From the NCBI GenBank assembly GCA_002269645.1, contig NIVC01005231.1, positions 1 to 19,635 on the forward strand: 19,635 nt of DNA. The letters are read 5' to 3'. The position numbers were made by a program, and so were the translations under genes. Positions 17,195-19,635 of the stretch are shown here, piece after piece. The notes beneath the pieces were generated by a model. That model made no database searches, was not told the DNA's origin, and was given only the letters and a program-made list of their open reading frames with translations. Each line of letters starts with the position of its first letter. Within the stretch, counting starts at the first letter, position 1. This stretch comes from Macrostomum lignano. Lineage: Eukaryota.

Positions 17195-17482
17195 CTAGAC
17201 GAAACTAAGCAGCCAGCGCAGACAGACGAGCTGCAGCGAATCGGCAGAGACGGTGCCAGCTGCGAGCACGGCAGGCACCATCGCCGCCAAGTCAGACACC
17301 GCCGGCATCACAACTATCGCATGCCGCCAGCTGAGGCGCCAATCAAACAACAGCGGCAGCCGCTATTGGAGTCTGACGCAGAAGCAGCTGGAGAGAGTGC
17401 CGACAGAGGCAAGCAGGGCGGAGGAGGTCCGAGTCTTCGACTGCCGACACTTTTCAAGCGTTCGACCAACTCTGCCAGGTGA
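17195..17482 (+). CDS. Candidate downstream SLC4 exon (cytoplasmic C-terminal tail, begins LDETKQ)
   Basis: GC-rich island in AT-rich DNA. Acceptor ...taccacag| ends at 17194, followed by a 95-codon open frame to TGA at 17480-17482 (alternative donor ag|gtgaat at 17479). A phase-0 join gives ...LLLPRWRLISKHLAK-LDE, matching the conserved SLC4 LLP...L..LD. The rest of the tail is not recognisable. Confidence 0.42.
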   Translation, partial: LDETKQPAQTDELQRIGRDGASCEHGRHHRRQVRHRRHHNYRMPPAEAPIKQQRQPLLESDAEAAGESADRGKQGGGGPSLRLPTLFKRSTNSAR

Positions 17483-17580
17483 ATAATTTCAACTACTGCA
17501 AGTAGCATGATGCAGAAAAATCGTTTTTTATACATTCGGTATATTCGCGCGTAAAAATATTGCCAATTATCTTTAAATAG

Positions 17581-17760
17581 AAGCGTCGCTGCCGCGGTCG
17601 CCGTAGCTTCTGAGCTCGTGTTCTTAACTCTGAAAGCGGCACCGACTTAGCCGGCTGCGACTGCGACGCTGGCGAGGACTGCGGTCGCCGACAGTTAGCA
17701 TTAGCAAAGGACGCCAATGCCTCTGCCGAGCCTGCTCCGAATTTAAATTTTCCGTTTTAA
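17581..17760 (+). other. Possible further small exon (GC-rich block) after a 102-bp intron
   Basis: Donor at 17479 and acceptor ctttaaatag| at 17580 are phase-compatible (AG+A). No homology support. Confidence 0.22.
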
Positions 17761-18327
17761 TTTTATGTTGGCTACTTACAGTAGGACAGTTGAGACTTTT
17801 TGTGCGGTTTACCACAACAACGGAAAACACGGCTGACTTTAATATCATTTTTATACTTTTGAATACACCTACAGTATTGTTTACTATTATACTCTACACT
17901 AAGTGCAATTAAAACTACTGCGGTAGATTTAGATTATTACGAGAGAGACAATAAATAAACGAATAAATAACGTCGCAGTGACTTCCTAATCGTAATTGAC
18001 AACTTCTGCTGGATAAACAAGTTGACGTGTATTTTATTAGTGGCAAGTTAGTAGTATACCCAGAATATTTACTCTTTAATTTACTCAGGAAATCAGCCAT
18101 ACGTCTAGTAATAGAGCGAAGTAAGAGTAGAAAAAATAAATTACAGAAAGCGCATTTTTCAATTTCATATCATTTTAATTCTGCGAAGCGATAAGCCACT
18201 AACAAAGGTTCTAATGCTGTCACGGAGGTGTATTAGTGAAACTGACAAGCCTGCTTAGCATGGAGCAATAGAGCATATCATAGTGTATATTGGTCGAGTA
18301 AGTACATTGCTGGCTTTTAATTTCAAG

Positions 18328-19536
18328 AACTCCAGCTCCCCAACTCCAGCTCCCCAACTCCAGCTCCCCAACTCCAGCTCCCCAACTCCAGTTGCCCAAC
18401 TCCAGTTCCCCAACTCCAGCTCCCCAACTCCAATTCCCCAACTCCAGCTCCCCAACTCCAGTTCCCCAACTCCAGCTCCCCAACTCCAATTCCCCAACTC
18501 CAGTTCCCCAACTCCAGTTCCCCAACTCCAACTCCCCAACTCCAGCTCCCCAACTCCAGCTCCCCAACTCCAACTCCCCAACTCCAGCTCCCCAACTCCA
18601 ATTCCCCAACTCCAGCTCCCCAACTCCAATTCCCCAACTCCAGCTCCCCAACTCCAATTCCCCAACTCCGATTCCCCAACTCCAGCTAACCAACTCCAGT
18701 TCCCCAACTCCAGCTCCCCAACTCCAGCTCCCCAACTCCAACTCCCCAACTCCAGCTAACCAACTCCGATTCCCCAACTCCAGCTAACCAACTCCAATTC
18801 CCCAACTCCAGTTCCCCAACTCCAGCTCCCCAACTCCAGTTCCCCAACTCCAGCTCCCCAACTCCAGTTGCCCAACTCCAGTTCCCAACTCCAGCTCCCC
18901 AACTCCAATTCCCCAACTCCAGCTCCCCAACTCCAGTTCCCCAACTCCAGCTCCCCAACTCCAATTCCCCAACTCCAGTTCCCCAACTCCAGTTCCCCAA
19001 CTCCAACTCCCCAACTCCAGCTCCCCAACTCCAGCTCCCAACTCCAACTCCCCAACTCCAGCTCCCCAACTCCAATTCCCCAACTCCAGCTCCCAACTCC
19101 AATTCCCCAACTCCAGCTCCCCAACTCCAATTCCCCAACTCCGATTCCCCAACTCCAGCTAACCAACTCCAGTTCCCCAACTCCAGCTCCCCAACTCCAG
19201 CTCCCCAACTCCAACTCCCCAACTCCAGCTAACCAACTCCGATTCCCCAACTCCAGCTAACCAACTCCAACTCCCCAACTCCAGCTCCCAACTCCAATTC
19301 CCCAACTCCGATTCCCCAACTCCAGCTAACCAACTCCAATTCCCCAACTCCGATTCCCCAACTCCAGCTCCCCAACTCCAATTCCCCAACTCCGATTCCC
19401 CAACTCCAGCTAACCAACTCCAATTCCCCAACTCCGATTCCCCAACTCCAGCTAACCAACTCCAATTCCCAACTCCAATCCCCAACTCAAATTCCCAACT
19501 CCAATTCCCCAACTCCAACTCCCCAACTCCAACTCC
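18328..19536. repeat. 14-bp strand-asymmetric satellite (CCCCAACTCCAGCT; - strand AGCTGGAGTTGGGG), ~85 units
   Basis: TCCAGC recurs at 18331, 18345 and 18359. The variable 4-mer is agct, agtt, aatt, aact or gatt. It accounts for the W/G/E-rich ORFs at 18220-19569. Confidence 0.97.
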
Positions 19537-19635
19537 TAACTTCAGTTCTGTGCTCAGTGGAAACAGCAAATGATGTGGACTAGAGAGATCATAAGGAATC
19601 CGAATAAGCAGAATTAGCTAGCTTAATTAAAATTA

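Noticed and set aside
18328-19536. Telomeric repeat
   Set aside because: It contains TTGGGG but within a 14-bp unit, is not (TTAGGG)n or (TTAGG)n, and unique sequence follows it.
15255-19569. Long repetitive ORFs (CLQFCLSA, QTDRIAD, SWSWGAGVGELELG) as proteins
   Set aside because: Unit lengths of 16 and 14 bp are not multiples of 3, so several frames give the same periodic peptide: satellite artefacts.

Overview
Eukaryotic (probably metazoan) genomic DNA; no rRNA, tRNA or CRISPR array is evident. The + strand carries frameshifted exons of an SLC4-family anion transporter (335-757, 1298-2065, possibly 17195-17482). If the last exon is real, a ~15.1-kb intron holds a stack of transposon sequences, all on the - strand. 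These are a deleted Ty3/Gypsy remnant, an RNase H-bearing I/Ingi-like LINE fragment, a mariner relic and a head-to-tail array of one APE-RT non-LTR retrotransposon family. The array comprises a ~6.46-kb apparently full-length unit (7171-13634), a second 5'-half copy (5664-7170) and diverged rearranged pieces (4128-5655). The highlight is that ORF1 of this LINE (~900 aa reconstructed) fuses an ALKBH2/3-like AlkB 2OG-Fe(II) dioxygenase domain, with HxD..H..RxxxxxR intact in the full-length unit, to an RGG-rich linker and a gag-like triple CCHC knuckle. The units join at a recurring (AAC)n tail / 5'-end junction, preceded by a UUCG stem-loop. Most frame disruptions are single-base deletions with no nonsense codons, so sequencing or consensus error is a real possibility. 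Five simple or tandem repeat tracts are also present. All alignments and motif calls were made by eye.
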